A stretch of DNA of 64,000 bases from Trypanosoma brucei (taxonomy: Eukaryota): positions 2,720,001 through 2,784,000 of the forward strand of contig CM000207.1 of NCBI GenBank assembly GCA_000002445.1, written 5' to 3'. Of this stretch, positions 47,657 to 59,805 are shown piece by piece. The notes beneath the pieces were generated by a model. The model made no database searches. It was not told where the DNA came from and saw only the letters and a program-made list of their open reading frames with translations. The position numbers were made by a program, and so were the translations under genes. The first letter of the stretch is position 1. Every line of letters begins with the position of its first letter.

Positions 47657-48624
47657 TGCTTTTTTCAATATCGTGTGGCAGCAGCTTGGTTTACGGTCAA
47701 GAATCATATTGTATATTTCTTCTACTGCTCTCTAACTTGCTTCCAAAAGCTGCATATGTTTTGTTACAGGGTTTTGTGTAAATCACAATTTTTGTTAAAT
47801 TTTTCTGACGGCTCTTAGTTTGATATATAAGAAAATTGGGTTTATACAGTTTATTAAAAATTTTGATGCTAACTCCACTTTGGCTTCCAGTGTACTGATC
47901 AGCATTTATATAAGTAAAAAAAAAACTAACGTAAAACTCGAAAAGTAGTGAATTATTCTATTTTAAAGTTGCATTTGATTGTGGCTTGTTGTATTCATTC
48001 GCCGTCATTTGTTGCTTATATTGTCGCATTGCACGCTCGTTTCAGGATTTTTGTGATTTTGTAAACGATTATTTAGCCTGTTTTAGGGGTAAGTATTGAC
48101 ACGAAAGTCTGTCACAACTATTGATGTGTATTTTATATTCATGCTTTTGATTTAATTGTGAGTGTGCGCACTTTTTTGGCACTTTTTCCTTTTCCACTGT
48201 TTGTTTCGCTTGTAGTCTGGTGTTTGTTGTTCTTTTCAAATACTTGGAATTAGAATACGCCATAAAGTCAAAAACTAGAGTCTTCACCATCATCTCTGCG
48301 GTGCCATCTATTCGAATTTAAGATAAATACCAGCTGACACAATTCCCCCTTCCTCCTCCTGATATATTACCTTCTCTTTCATATTTTTTCTCCGCCTCTG
48401 CAGGTAATGTAGAGAAAACATTTTTCCTGCGCACGGGATTTTGTCTCCACCTTTTTGTTTTCCCCATCATATCCCTGTGTATGATACTGCCTATCAACAT
48501 GTCTGTATACAAAGCTGCTCATTTTTCATTTCCATTTCTTTTAGTCTTCACTAATTCCCATTGCACCATTTCCATTGTTTAGAGAACTTCTATTTCAACT
48601 GTGCATTTACTGTACACTACTCCT

Positions 48625-48745
48625 ATTATAATAGTATTAGTATACACACACACTCACAACACTTCTATCATTATCATTATCATCATCATCATCATTATTA
48701 TTATTATTATCAATATTGCTTATTATTATTACCATTATAGTCAAA
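48625..48745 (-). repeat. 70-bp repeat with long TCA/TTA triplet run
   Basis: ctattataatagtattagtatacacacacactcacaacacttctatcattatcattatcatcatcatcatcattattattattattatcaatattg. Confidence 0.8.
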
Positions 48746-48989
48746 AACTTAAGTAGTATAGATTAAACAAAAAATGAACTAAAGTAGCAAATTAGAATAG
48801 CACTTTTTTCATGCCCTATCACCATGCTATATTACACATTCAGGTGGCTGTCATACTTTTTTTACTAAATTATTTAAAAATAAAAAACTTTCATTAATTT
48901 TATAAATTTCATAAAATTGAGTAACATCCTTAATATACTAAAATACTAAAATGATGTCTAACTCACTAAAGCAGTAGCTATAAGAGTGT

Positions 48990-50436
48990 ATTTCTTACTT
49001 AAAAGAAAACTGGAATCTTTGCACTTTCTATCCTCTCATGTGGATCCATCTTTGCAATCTTTTTGTTCCTTTCCTGTGCAAGCAAAAATTGTCCCTGCTT
49101 TTTCATCATCCCCATCTTTCTCGTCTCATTTATCATCTTTTGTAAAAACAAGTTTGCCCATCCGGTTTTCCGCCATCAAAATCACAACCCTTTTCGCCCG
49201 CGCACTTTACGCTACTGTTGTGCTTCTTGCAGTTTCCACATGCTTTCCCTGTGGGTCCTGTTGCTTTCTTCATCTTCTTGTTTTCCTTTTCGAGTGCTAG
49301 AAAAGCTCGTTCATTAACTGCAGTATAGTAAACCAAAACCCTTTCCAGTGTGTCTACATCCCCTAGGGCTTTTATCCGTTGTTGTTCGTTGGTGTCATCT
49401 TTTGAGCCTTTAACATCCTTTTCCTCGAAAGCGGACCACATGGCTTCCAACTTGTTGTTATTGTCAAAAAATAGGTGGTTTTGCGGTTGTAGCTTCACTT
49501 TTGAGTTGTGATGCTTTTTTTGGTTCGTGGCAGCTATGTTTTCTTGGATTAAAATGATTATTGAAGGCTGTTCGGCAAGTTCTTTTAGCAGATCTTTTCC
49601 TTTTTTCTTCCTTTGGGTTGTCGTATCTGGCGTATATCGAGACTGACTTTGTGTGCACGTTTGAATATGCCGAGTGCGCCTTAGCTGCCCGCTTGCTTAA
49701 GTTTTGTTAAGTCGGGTGTGTTCGGTTGATCGTCTGCTGCCACCGTGATGGTGCCGTAACCCATTGTGAAAGTGTCACCGCCCCCCATCTTGATGCCTGG
49801 GTTGTTTGTAACCACCACTGTTGTCGTGAACATTCCGCACTGCGACGCCTGTCCTTGTCCGTTGCTGCCGGTTACTGCTGGGTTTTTTTGGAAATCCTCT
49901 CTGTTGATGGCGTCCGGATCCATTTCGTCGGTGTTTTGCAGTGTGTCTAGTTCCAGTGCTTTGCAGCCTGCATAATCTATCTCGACTTCGCCATTGCCGC
50001 CGTTCTTGTCTACTTTGCTGTTTAGGCAGTAGTTGCTGCTGCCGCCAGCGCTTGCTATCGTCATTATTGGTATCGTTAAAGCAGCTTCTATATCTGGAGT
50101 AATCGAAGTTTCCCTCAGCGCCGTGTCGATGGCCGAGTTGGCAGTGCCTATCGCCTCTCCGCTGAGTTTGGCTGCCTGAGCCGCCAGTACTTCCGCAGCA
50201 TCGTAGTACTCTGATGTTGGGTAAGCCGCTGCATACACTTGGAGTTGCAACTTTATCATGTTTAGGGTTTTGAGGGACTCTATAAGGTTTCCCAGCTTGT
50301 TTTTAGCTTGTCCCTGCGTCGTCCTCAGCTGTGTTTTCAGCTGTAATTGAGCTTTCCAGATGTTTGCTTTCATTTCAAGATGTGCTGCGTCCACTGATCC
50401 GATGATTAAGAGCGCCGTTAGTATCTTTAATTTCAT
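48990..50436 (-). pseudogene. VSG: VSG pseudogene (A-type, frameshifted; N-domain appears shortened)
   Basis: ORF 49681..50451(-) MKLKILTALLIIGSVDAAHLEMKANIWKAQ...GGSSNYCLNSKVDKNGG. ORF 49133..49498(-) C-domain ...CGNCKKHNSSVKCAGEKGCDFDGGKPDGQTC. GPI signal at about 48990..49080. Confidence 0.75.
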
Positions 50437-52414
50437 GTGTTCGCTTAACATAGCTTGCTTTCTACGTTCACTATAGCACTTTTGTATTCGCCGGCATTCT
50501 GCTAAGATATTTTTTATCGAGAAGATACAGGGTTATTAAATCGGTGGTGACATCTATCTTTCTAAGCTTCTGAACGGTCCTTTTTTTCACAGTTTAATTT
50601 GCGTGTAAATACTACAAAAGAGAGTTTTTTGTGGGCATACGCCACATCGCATGTCGAAATAATACGACTTTAATAGTTGCATGTGGTTGCTTGTTCCGTG
50701 CAGTTGCTTTTATTGTACTTGCCGCTTGCTTGTTACACGTTTCCGCCCTCGAACACAAATAAGTTCATAAACCACTGATTTTCTCATTTATATCCATGTA
50801 CTGCATCTATTTTTGGCCTATAACTGTTTTTGAGATACGATAAGTATAACGCTGCTTCGTGAAAATTACGAGTTAAACCATATTTGAAATTCATAAGTTA
50901 CTTGTCATCACATCCCTAAGCACAAGCTCTGCTATTAGGTGGAGGGGCGGTTGTCAATCACTTGTACGTAAAAACAGCCGGTTTGCACCCCGGTTTTTGT
51001 GGTGATTGCCCCTTTTGTCAAGTCTTTGTGCAATTACAGCCGTTCATGTTGCTGCTGCATTGAATTCAAACATTTCGGTCTCTCCTACGTATTTTATCAT
51101 CCAGTGCAGAACTTATCTATATCCGAGTTTCTCCTGACACCATACCCTAATTCCTTTTTTATACAGCGGGTAGCCTTTAATTGCACTCTAACTGCTTCTT
51201 TAAGCTTGATGTTTTATAAATTTCTTCTCTTGCCACCAAAAGTTATATAAAGCTGTAAGCATCCAATATTACACTTAGAAATGGCCTTGCTACACTTGTA
51301 TACGTTTTTAAAAATAGATAAAATGGCGCTCATGTAACTAACCTCTATCCTAACGTACTAATCCTGTTATTCAACCTGTATTTTCACAACGATTCACGTT
51401 TTCATTCTAAAAATAACAGAATGTTTTCTTGTACTTAATAACTCTGCCAATTTAACCAAACGTGCACATCACTAATGCTCGACGTTTCTACACTTTGTGA
51501 CAAAGCAACAGCCCTTTTATTTCTTCATTTATTTTTACATATAATTTAGCTTACTGTGAGTTTCTCTAACATAAGCGAGTCTTTGAGCATTTTCTAAAAG
51601 CCTGCCTTCATGCAAAACCCATTTATTTTGCTTCCACTTACTCATCTGGTTGTTTATACAGCAGAAACAACTCTTTTATAAATTGCAACTCTTTGAATGC
51701 TCTTAATGTTTTTCCGATTTACCAGTATAGAATTAGTGCTGTTTCACTGCTTATTTTCTTCACTTAATAACGCTCATCTATGTGTTTATATATTCGCTAT
51801 TTAAAGCAGTTTCCGAGGGTATTTTTTTCTATGCTATCCACAGTAATCTATTAGAGGATTTGTTTTAAAATCCCCAGCAGATAATATTATATTGTTTCAC
51901 ACAAATGTTGACCATTGTTACTATACCTGATAAAAAAACTAAGTTTATGTTACCTCATACTTTCTCAATTCCTTCTCACAACTGTTTGTATATCTTTGTA
52001 GCTTTATATTAAAACCTACTGTAAGATTAAAATCTATCCCTTTGATCATTTCAGAGGTAGGATACATCCATTTTTGAGTGAATAGTGGTGCACAATCCCA
52101 TCCAGACGTATCACCATCCTTGGTGCATCGCTGCTGCAACTGCCGTTGTTTCTTCCTTTTTCACTTCTCTGTCGTTTTCTGATGTCTGTTCTCCTGATAG
52201 CGCACTTACTCCATTATGCCTATATACCGGACTCTATCTCTCTTCAGTATTCCCTCCATCATCTTCCTGTGTATGATGATGTTCATCGCTACAATTGTGT
52301 TTAAAACTGCGCATATTACATCTCCTTTATCTCCAAATTACTCCCCTTGCACCCTTTCCATTGTTGTAAGTACTCCCATTTATCCGTCCATTTGGTATTC
52401 GCTACCACTATTTT

Positions 52415-52485
52415 TATAATAATATTAGTAGATAGACACTAACTACTCACTCCTATTCTTATTATTATTTTGATAACCAATAACT
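52415..52485 (-). repeat. 70-bp repeat (single, degenerate)
   Basis: ttataataatattagtagatagacactaactactcactcctattcttattattattttgataacc. Confidence 0.55.
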
Positions 52486-52779
52486 AATATTCAAAAAAAC
52501 AATAAACGAAGTTAGCCAAATTAAGGTGGCACTTACTTTTTCCTCCCTATTACTACTTTACAACCATAGGTCACTTTCATAGAATAATTATATATTTTTA
52601 AAAATTTCACTAATTTGTGTATTTTGCAAAAGCTCTACAACAGCGTTATAAATTATCGAGTTATCTCAAAATAGCAATTTTTATAATTTTTTATAAATTT
52701 TCATAAATTTCACACTTTTGATCATATGTTCTTAAAATTCTAAAATGCTACTAAACTCATAAAAGCAGCAGCCATTAGA

Positions 52780-54282
52780 GAAAAGTTCTTATTGACGAGA
52801 AAACTGGAATCTTTGCGCTTTTTTCTATCCCATTTGGAGTTGCTGTCCTTGTCGCAAGCATTTTTGTCGGTTCTGTGTTTTGAGCATTTCTCCTCTTGCT
52901 CCTGCTGTTCCCCCGCTGTCTTTCCTGTTCCTGCTAATGGGGCTTCTGTGTCTGCTTTAATTTCATCCGGTGTGCAGGGGCCATCTTTATCGCGGTTTCC
53001 TTCCCATTTGCATTTGTCTGTATTTTCGCATGCCGTCTTGTTGTCTTTGTGCTTCTCACATTCCTGTTGTTTCTCTTCAATTGTCTTATCATTGTTTGCT
53101 TCTTTGTTGTTTGTAATGGCGCTTATGGGTACGACTTTTCGCCTCTATACTGATTCCGCTTGGTTTCTCAGTTTTTTTAGGTTGGCGTCTGTAGTCGCTG
53201 CATGTCTTTGCAGTTTCTGAAATTGCCATACGGCGTTTGCCGCCTGTGCTAGCTCATTATACCATGGTATTTTGCTGTAGCCTTTGTTCTCGCCAATGAG
53301 CAGGTCTTTGTAATTGACACAGTTGTCGGTGTCAGAGGTTGTACAAGTTGTGGCAGACCTTTTACCGACGCCTACAACCGCTTTGGTGGTTTCAAGGTTG
53401 CGTATCCTGCTAGCTACTCGGCCGAGCGCCGCTGTAATTGCAACGTCAAGTAGTATGGCTACGCCGTGGTGTGGACATCCCCCTGTTATCTTTTAAAATT
53501 CGTTGTTTGGTATGTTTCCGTTGGCATTGTTGCCGTGCGCCGCACCGGCTGCACACGCGTCTTCGGTTTTATCAGAGCAAAGGCAAAGAATGTCTGTTGC
53601 CAGGGCTTTGCCATTTTCTTTCTGTGCACACTTCGCCGTTTTTGTCGCCGCTCCGCCGGTTATATCTTTGCACTTTTGCTGCCGTCGTCGTATTTGTGAG
53701 TTGCGTCCGAGCCACACATTGCGTTCTTGAGGTGGTCTTTAATTTTCTGCGCTAATTGTGCTGAATTTTGCCCGTTTTAACTTTCTCGAGTCTTGATTAA
53801 TTCCTTGGCTTTTGCCACTGTGTGGGTTATGAGTTCCTTTGCTTTGAGAAAAAGGTTTTTGTCTGCGGGTTTTGGGTGCTGCTTGCCCCAGTCATTGTCC
53901 GTAGTATGTTTCTTTATATGAGCCATTTGCTCTTTCCATTTTCTCCAGTCGTCTACACACTCCAGTTTGTTTTCGTCAGCTTTTAGCGTTTTTTTATCTG
54001 CTCCCACTATCCTGCCGGGCCGGCCTTGTCAAAGAGGTTCTGCCATGAGTCATCTGCCACGTTAATATTCATTCGCAGAATCTCTTGTAAGTCATCAGGG
54101 GTGACTTCGATGCTGAAAGTTTGCTCCAGGCCTTCCTTGGCCACTATCCAAGCTTCGCATAGAGCCAGGTAGTCCGCCGTGACATCGCCGACTGCTGCTG
54201 TAGCGCTCTGCGTTAGCATGTGGCTCGCTAAAACAAATAGTAGGAATTTTATTAAAACCGATATTGCGCTTTTTGGTTTCAT
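52780..54282 (-). pseudogene. VSG: VSG pseudogene (B-type, heavily frameshifted)
   Basis: ORF 54007..54282(-) MKPKSAISVLIKFLLFVLASHMLTQSATAAVGD...LQEILRMNINVADDSWQNLF. ORFs 53777..54007(-) and 53493..53717(-) (...DILCLCSDKTEDACAAG) in other frames. C-terminus and GPI signal at 52780..52990. Confidence 0.75.
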
Positions 54283-54774
54283 CTGTTTTGTCTGGCAAAA
54301 AAAATACTAAAGCTTGAAAAGGGTTGACTTGCATAAAATATTTTGTAGTTCTGTGTGGGAATATTTGGGGGATTTTTCTTTTCTGTTTCCAGGTGTCATG
54401 GGCACTGAGTGAGACGGAACGCTTGCGGCTACTAAGATTACAGCCCGGTACCGAGGTGCCGCACTGTCGCCTCCACTTTAAAAAATGTTTGTTATTTGGT
54501 ACTATGTGCTGTCACAAAGTGGGGTAAAAATTCACTGCGTGGCTCTGTGGTTAGTTTTCACCTTGTAGTCAGGGGTATAGTTCTGTTCTGTGTTTTAGAC
54601 GCTTTCCGCCTGTAAACTGCGATGTAGTATAGTGCATGCGGCTTGCCTGACCATTCTCGTTACACTTTCTTAGCTTTAAATAACTCCCTTTCTTTGAAAG
54701 AGTCACCACAAATATCTCCATAATTAAAATTCCATTTTTCTCCACTCATAGCATAAGTTCAAATCTTTCTTGAA

Positions 54775-55400
54775 TCATTCGTCATAAACCGCCTTGTTTC
54801 CAACTCTTTCTACTAAGTAAAATTTTTTACAATCAATTTTTCTTTCTCCCATGCAAGTGGCTGAAAAACAAAAATAAATAAATGCAGTCTTTCCAAACTC
54901 TCCACTAGTTGGAATAGAAAATAATGTCTCCTCATAATTCCATCCAATTATTCCTCTTCTCAAAGAAAATTTCTGTACAACAGCTTCTTTTTGAGTTGCA
55001 CTTCACATTGGTAAAAGCGATGAAAACTTTGCTCTAATTTCCATTATTCTCTTCCTCTCAAAAATTCTCCAAATACATATTCAAATATCTTAAATTCCCA
55101 AACTCTGGCTATTAAGCCACCACTAAGATAAGATTTTTCACTAGGAGGTGATTTCAGCAACTGAGGTAATTTTTTATCCTCTTCTTTTTCTTAACCTACA
55201 TTAAAAAACCACTTACATATCTCCATGCTTTTTTACAATATCCTCATCACTTGCATTATGTTTTTATAAAAATTCTATAACATCTAGGTTTTCTGACATG
55301 ACTATACAAACCTCCAATCTAAATTGTAATAATTTCAACATGGCTCCGTTTGGCACTCAGTATGAGTCTACACCATCCTTGAGTTACATAAGTTTGAACG
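54775..55400 (-). pseudogene. GT31-like family pseudogene, copy D (internally deleted, degenerate)
   Basis: ORF 54775..54963(-) MRRGIIGWNYEETLFSIPTSGEFGKTAFIYF corresponds to KRGMIGLDYEE.LFSIPNSG of copy A. Sequence at 55330..55440 matches the 5' flank of copy C (38320..38440). Confidence 0.4.
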
Positions 55401-56404
55401 ACAACGACAAACACTCTTACTTTGCTAGAATCATTTTGTGTTATATTAGTAATGTTATTTATTTTTTCAAAATATCAAGTGATTTTGTGCTTTAGTACTC
55501 TAAATGTAATATCCATGGTAGTGGTAAAATTCTCAAGACACCAAACGTCATTCTAAAATATACTTTTTAAATCTTAAAGTGTTAAAAGAAGAATTAGAAA
55601 CTTTAGGAAAAGAAGTTAGTTGCACCACTAAGGTGAACAGTTAAGGAAACCATGTTTACATATGTAAATAATGCGTTAACATTGTTCTGATATAATTGTT
55701 AAAGGGTATATCCTCACCATCTGTAGCTTATCCTTGAGCACGGATCTCTGGGCTTTGTTTTTTTAAAGTTAGTTTCTATCCGTAGTTGGTTCTGCGCTCC
55801 ACATGCATGCTACTGTTACTTTTTCACATTTCCCCATTCTGCGTAGTTATGGGAACTACAGTAGTTAGTTGTACTGATTATTTCAGATACGCTAGGAGTC
55901 TTACCAGTTGCCTTTGGTAACTATCTCGGTAGCCGCTTTTAGCACGAGACTCTCCTCACCATAGCTTTATTACATACATATTCTCTTGTGCAATCGTTAT
56001 CTATGCGATGGCATCTATCCACTTATGTGTATAAGGTGCTGCACAATCTTTTTCTAGTTTTTCTCTAGAGTACTGCTCTGCACCAAGATGTTTCATTCCG
56101 CATTCCGCATTCCGCATTTCCATTTCCATTTCTTCTTTTTCATCCTCTATTGCTGCTTCTGCAGATAAGAGAGCGAGCTTATCTGAGCTATACATTGAAC
56201 TCTGTGCCTTTCTTAATGTCCTTTCCATTAACATCACATGTGTGATAATACACATCGCCGCGTTTATGCCGCAACTGCATGTATTTAGCCACTATTTTCC
56301 TTAGTCTCTTACCCTCCCTCTCACTCATTCACTTATTTCCATTGCAGTCTTGTCATTTTCTTAAATGCTTTTATTTTCTCTTTTCGTTCGGTTTTCACCA
56401 TAAC

Positions 56405-56495
56405 TCTCAATATAATATTAGTATATTCGCACTCGCAATACAATCATATCGATATCATCATTATTAGTATCAGTACTGTTATAACCCTACCTATT
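56405..56495 (-). repeat. 70-bp repeat (single, degenerate)
   Basis: ctcaatataatattagtatattcgcactcgcaatacaatcatatcgatatcatcattattagtatcagtactgttataaccctacc. Confidence 0.6.
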
Positions 56496-56739
56496 ATTTT
56501 AAAAAATAAACTAAACTAAATTAGAATAACACACATTTTTTACACACTATTATCCTACTACTTTGCACCCATATGCCACGTTCAAACACATGTTACTAAA
56601 AGTCGCACATATCAATCATAAAGTTTTGAAATACATCAACGTTTAGAAAATATTAGCAAACTATTACAAAAGTAATTTTCTTAGAAAACAACATATTTAT
56701 AAATAAAAATACCTAAAATTTTACAAATCCACAAAAGCA

Positions 56740-57010
56740 GCAGCCATCACAGCAAATTTTTTATTTACAAGAAAACTGGAATCCTTGCACTTGCTATCTT
56801 CCCATTTACAGTTGTTGTCCTTTTCAAAAGCTTGTCGATTAGTGCCATGTCTGGTACACCTATCTTTTTTCTAATCTTTACCTCCTTCTTTTGCTGCTTC
56901 TTTTGCTGTTGCGTTTTTCCACCCAATGTGCACTTTTTATCCTCGTTTCCTTTGGGATTTAAAATGCGGCCATGACAGTTGTGCGGCTTTAGACGTCTGC
57001 TGGCAGGGGC
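56740..57010 (-). pseudogene. VSG: VSG 3'-end fragment (C-terminal domain remnant plus GPI signal)
   Basis: ccacaaaagcagcagccatcacagcaaattttttatttacaagaaaactggaatccttgcacttgctatcttcccatttacag is the reverse complement of a VSG GPI signal and Cys-rich C-terminus. Confidence 0.55.
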
Positions 57011-57146
57011 AGATCTGGAAGTCGTTCCTTAACTGCTGATCGTAATAATCTCCTAGTTTCGAATAGCTCTCTTTTTAGATTATTTATACTTTAAAAGCAA
57101 TTCGTTTCGCGCAGCTACACTGCCACGCGCCAGCGTTAAAAACGTA

Positions 57147-57167
57147 TATATATATATATATATATTT
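57147..57167. repeat. (TA)10 microsatellite
   Basis: tatatatatatatatatatat. Confidence 0.9.
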
Positions 57168-57169
57168 TA

Positions 57170-57720
57170 ATCCGGGCGCAACCCGAAATGCAAACCGGAA
57201 ATTCACAAAAGATTAAAAAGTGGTATTGTAACAATGTGGAAATAAAATAAATAGGTGAAAAATAAGAAGACGAAGTTGCCTACTCTCTGAAGAAGCGCCA
57301 ACCATAATTAAAAAAAGCCGCTGCATCGCAAAGAAAAAATGGCAAGTTATAAAAAATTCAAAAAAGGTAAATTAAAACCCTAACCCTAAGCCTAAGTTTA
57401 AGCCTACCTGACCTCCCTAACTAACCCCCTAACTAACCTAACTAACCTACCTAACTACCCCTCCCCACTCCTACCCCCACTTCCACAAAAAAAACGGGAA
57501 AGAAGGAAAAAAAAATTTTTAAGTTTCCAGAAAAAATTTCTAGACAATCAGACAGTCAACTTACAAAACACAGAACAAAGAAATCTCGGCTGGTTTTAGG
57601 TGTTAAAATATATCAGAAAGTTTTCAAGTAGCAAAAAATTTTAGCAAAAATTTTTTAAAAAAGAGGGGTAAAAATTAAAAAAGCAAGGCCACAAAAGCAG
57701 CAGAAACCATGCTAAGGGCG
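57170..57720. repeat. internal degenerate telomere-like A-rich tract
   Basis: aaaaccctaaccctaagcctaagtttaagcctacctgacctccctaactaaccccctaactaacctaactaacc (57365..57440). Flanking box attgtaacaatgtggaaataaaat is shared with 13225..13250. Shares cagaatcag...aaatctcggctgg.tttacgtgttaaaatatatcagaaa with the 13.6 kb tract. Confidence 0.6.
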
Positions 57721-59349
57721 AATTGTTTGTTTAGGAGAAAACTGGAAGAGCGGCACCTAAACTCGTCTTTGTCCTTGTCAGCTTCGCCACCTTTTTTCCA
57801 GGCACAAACAGGTTTGTCTTTTCCTTCATTCATTTTTTTACAGCCGCTTTCGTCATTGAAATGCTGTGCACATCCAGTTTGTGTTTTCTCCCTCTGCAGA
57901 TCCCTCTCCTGCTCCTGTTCCTGCTGTGTTTGTCTGTCCTTCTCCATCTTTAGCTGTGCACTTTCCTTTGGTGTCACTCTCTCCTGTCCATTCGCAAGGT
58001 TCATTACATTCTTCTTTCTTGATTTTTTCTGAGCATTTGGGATTCGTTCTGATTGTTTCTTCAAAAGTCTTCCGGCAGTTGGCGGTCCCCTGATACTTTG
58101 CATACATTACCGCTTCCGCTGGTCCTGTTGATGCTTTTTTGGCGAGAGCAGCTAGTGTCTCGGAGGTTTCTTTTCCTGCTATTTTGTAACGTTCTGTCTG
58201 CTCTGCGGCTGCTTTTAGAAAAACGACTTCAACTGAGTCTGTCGATTCGCCTAGAAAGTCCCTGACTGCTTTGGCCTTGTCAGATACAGCTTTGTCTGGG
58301 TCGTATTTGTCTGGGTTTAAAGCTATAACGATTTCCTGCATCGTTAGGTCATTTGCCAAGTCACTCACCTTTTCTGCGCTTACTGTCTTTTGTTTTTTTG
58401 CCTTCTCTGCATTTCCGCGGCACAGCTGTGCCGCCATCAGGTCTGCTGTTACTGTGAGTTTTGTGTCCTTTCCGTCTATGGTTTCACATGTACGATCGCC
58501 GCTGGCTTTGGTGTACTTTGCTGCTTTATTATTCGGCGAGCTTGGCTCCGCCGGTTTCATTGTGTGTATTCCCACTGCGCCGTTTTCTGATCCCTTTGCT
58601 ACGTTGGTACCGCACGCGTTGTTGTTTTGTTGAGTGCTCAGCTCTGCGCTAACTGTTCCTTTACAAACTGCTTTGACTGTTAAGTGTGGTCTTTTGAACA
58701 GATCGTCGTGAACTAATGTTAGAGTTTCATATGTGTCTAAGTGAGTAGCGGCATGATCGAGCTCCTGCGTGTTCGCGTTTTCTGTATCGCATGCGTTTTG
58801 CGGCTTTTCTGCCCCGTCAAATCGAACTGAGCACGCTCCTGTTGAGCCTGCAGTGAAAAAGTCGTTGCCTGCCCCTGAGCTTGCTTGCGTTGTCGCCCGG
58901 GGCTCCGTAAACAAGTCGACCTGCGTTAGCATTGCCAGCTGTCCGCGGCGCTTGTCTATTATTTCCGGTGTCTTTTGCCATTCTTCTGTTTTGCTCGTAA
59001 GCTCAGAAACTTGGGTCTGTAGGCGAGCCGTTGTTAGTGCTGCTAAGGCTGTAAGTTTTTTTTGTGTGGATCCCGTTGGTGTCTTGGCTTTTACCAATTC
59101 TATTAACGCCACGTCATTGGCTAATTCTGCCGCCGCTTTCTGAGTTTCTGCTATCCGCTGCGAAAACCTTGTCCGAATTGCTTTTAAAAATCTTGTCTCT
59201 GAGCATGGCATCGTTATCTTAGCAAGCAATGGAGTGTGTGTCGTGGCTTGTGCCTCTTTTTCTAGCGACACCGCCAGTAGAGCTAGTACAAATTGCAAAC
59301 CGCTTCCTGAAATAGACATAGACCGTATTGACAACGTATAAGCCGGCAC
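57720..59349 (-). pseudogene. VSG: VSG pseudogene (B-type; frameshift at N-/C-domain junction)
   Basis: ORF 57853..59349(-) MPAYTLSIRSMSISGSGLQFVLALLAVSLEKEAQA..., 498 aa. ORF 57675..58103(-) C-terminus ...CRSSSFLLNKQFALSMVSAAFVALLF in another frame, diverging after EGSAEGENTN. Confidence 0.8.
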
Positions 59350-59584
59350 TGTTTGTGTAATTCGCTATCTTTGCTGCGGTATTTAGGGGTTTATTGTCGA
59401 AAGCAATTTTGTTTGGATGCTGAAAGATGGTTATTAGTTCCAATGCCCATCGACTGGCAGATAACTGTTGTTTTAAGTACCTAGGCCAGGTGGTTGTTGC
59501 CACAGACCTCATTTGGTAAGTCATTACTTGCTCGAATACTTTTTGTGCTTATTTTTTCAGTTTTTCCTTGTTCGTCACCACAAC

Positions 59585-59660
59585 TATCATAATCTTAGTA
59601 TATGCACACTCACAACACTTTACTATTATTATCATTATTATTATCAGTATAACCCTAACA
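59585..59660 (-). repeat. 70-bp repeat
   Basis: catcataatcttagtatatgcacactcacaacactttactattattatcattattattatcagtataaccctaac. Confidence 0.7.
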
Positions 59661-59805
59661 AATGTCTGCAAAACAAAAAATGGACCAAATTAGAGCAACA
59701 CTAATTTTTCATACCATATCACCCGCTCACCTTACTATAATGCACCCATAGGACACTCACATACAAATGTTTCAAATTCTCAAAATCTGCACATTTTCAT
59801 AATTT

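Noticed and set aside
56095-56140. gcattcc tandem repeats (x3 to 4) followed by catttc repeats
   Set aside because: Very short. No apparent function. Lies in an unannotated spacer.
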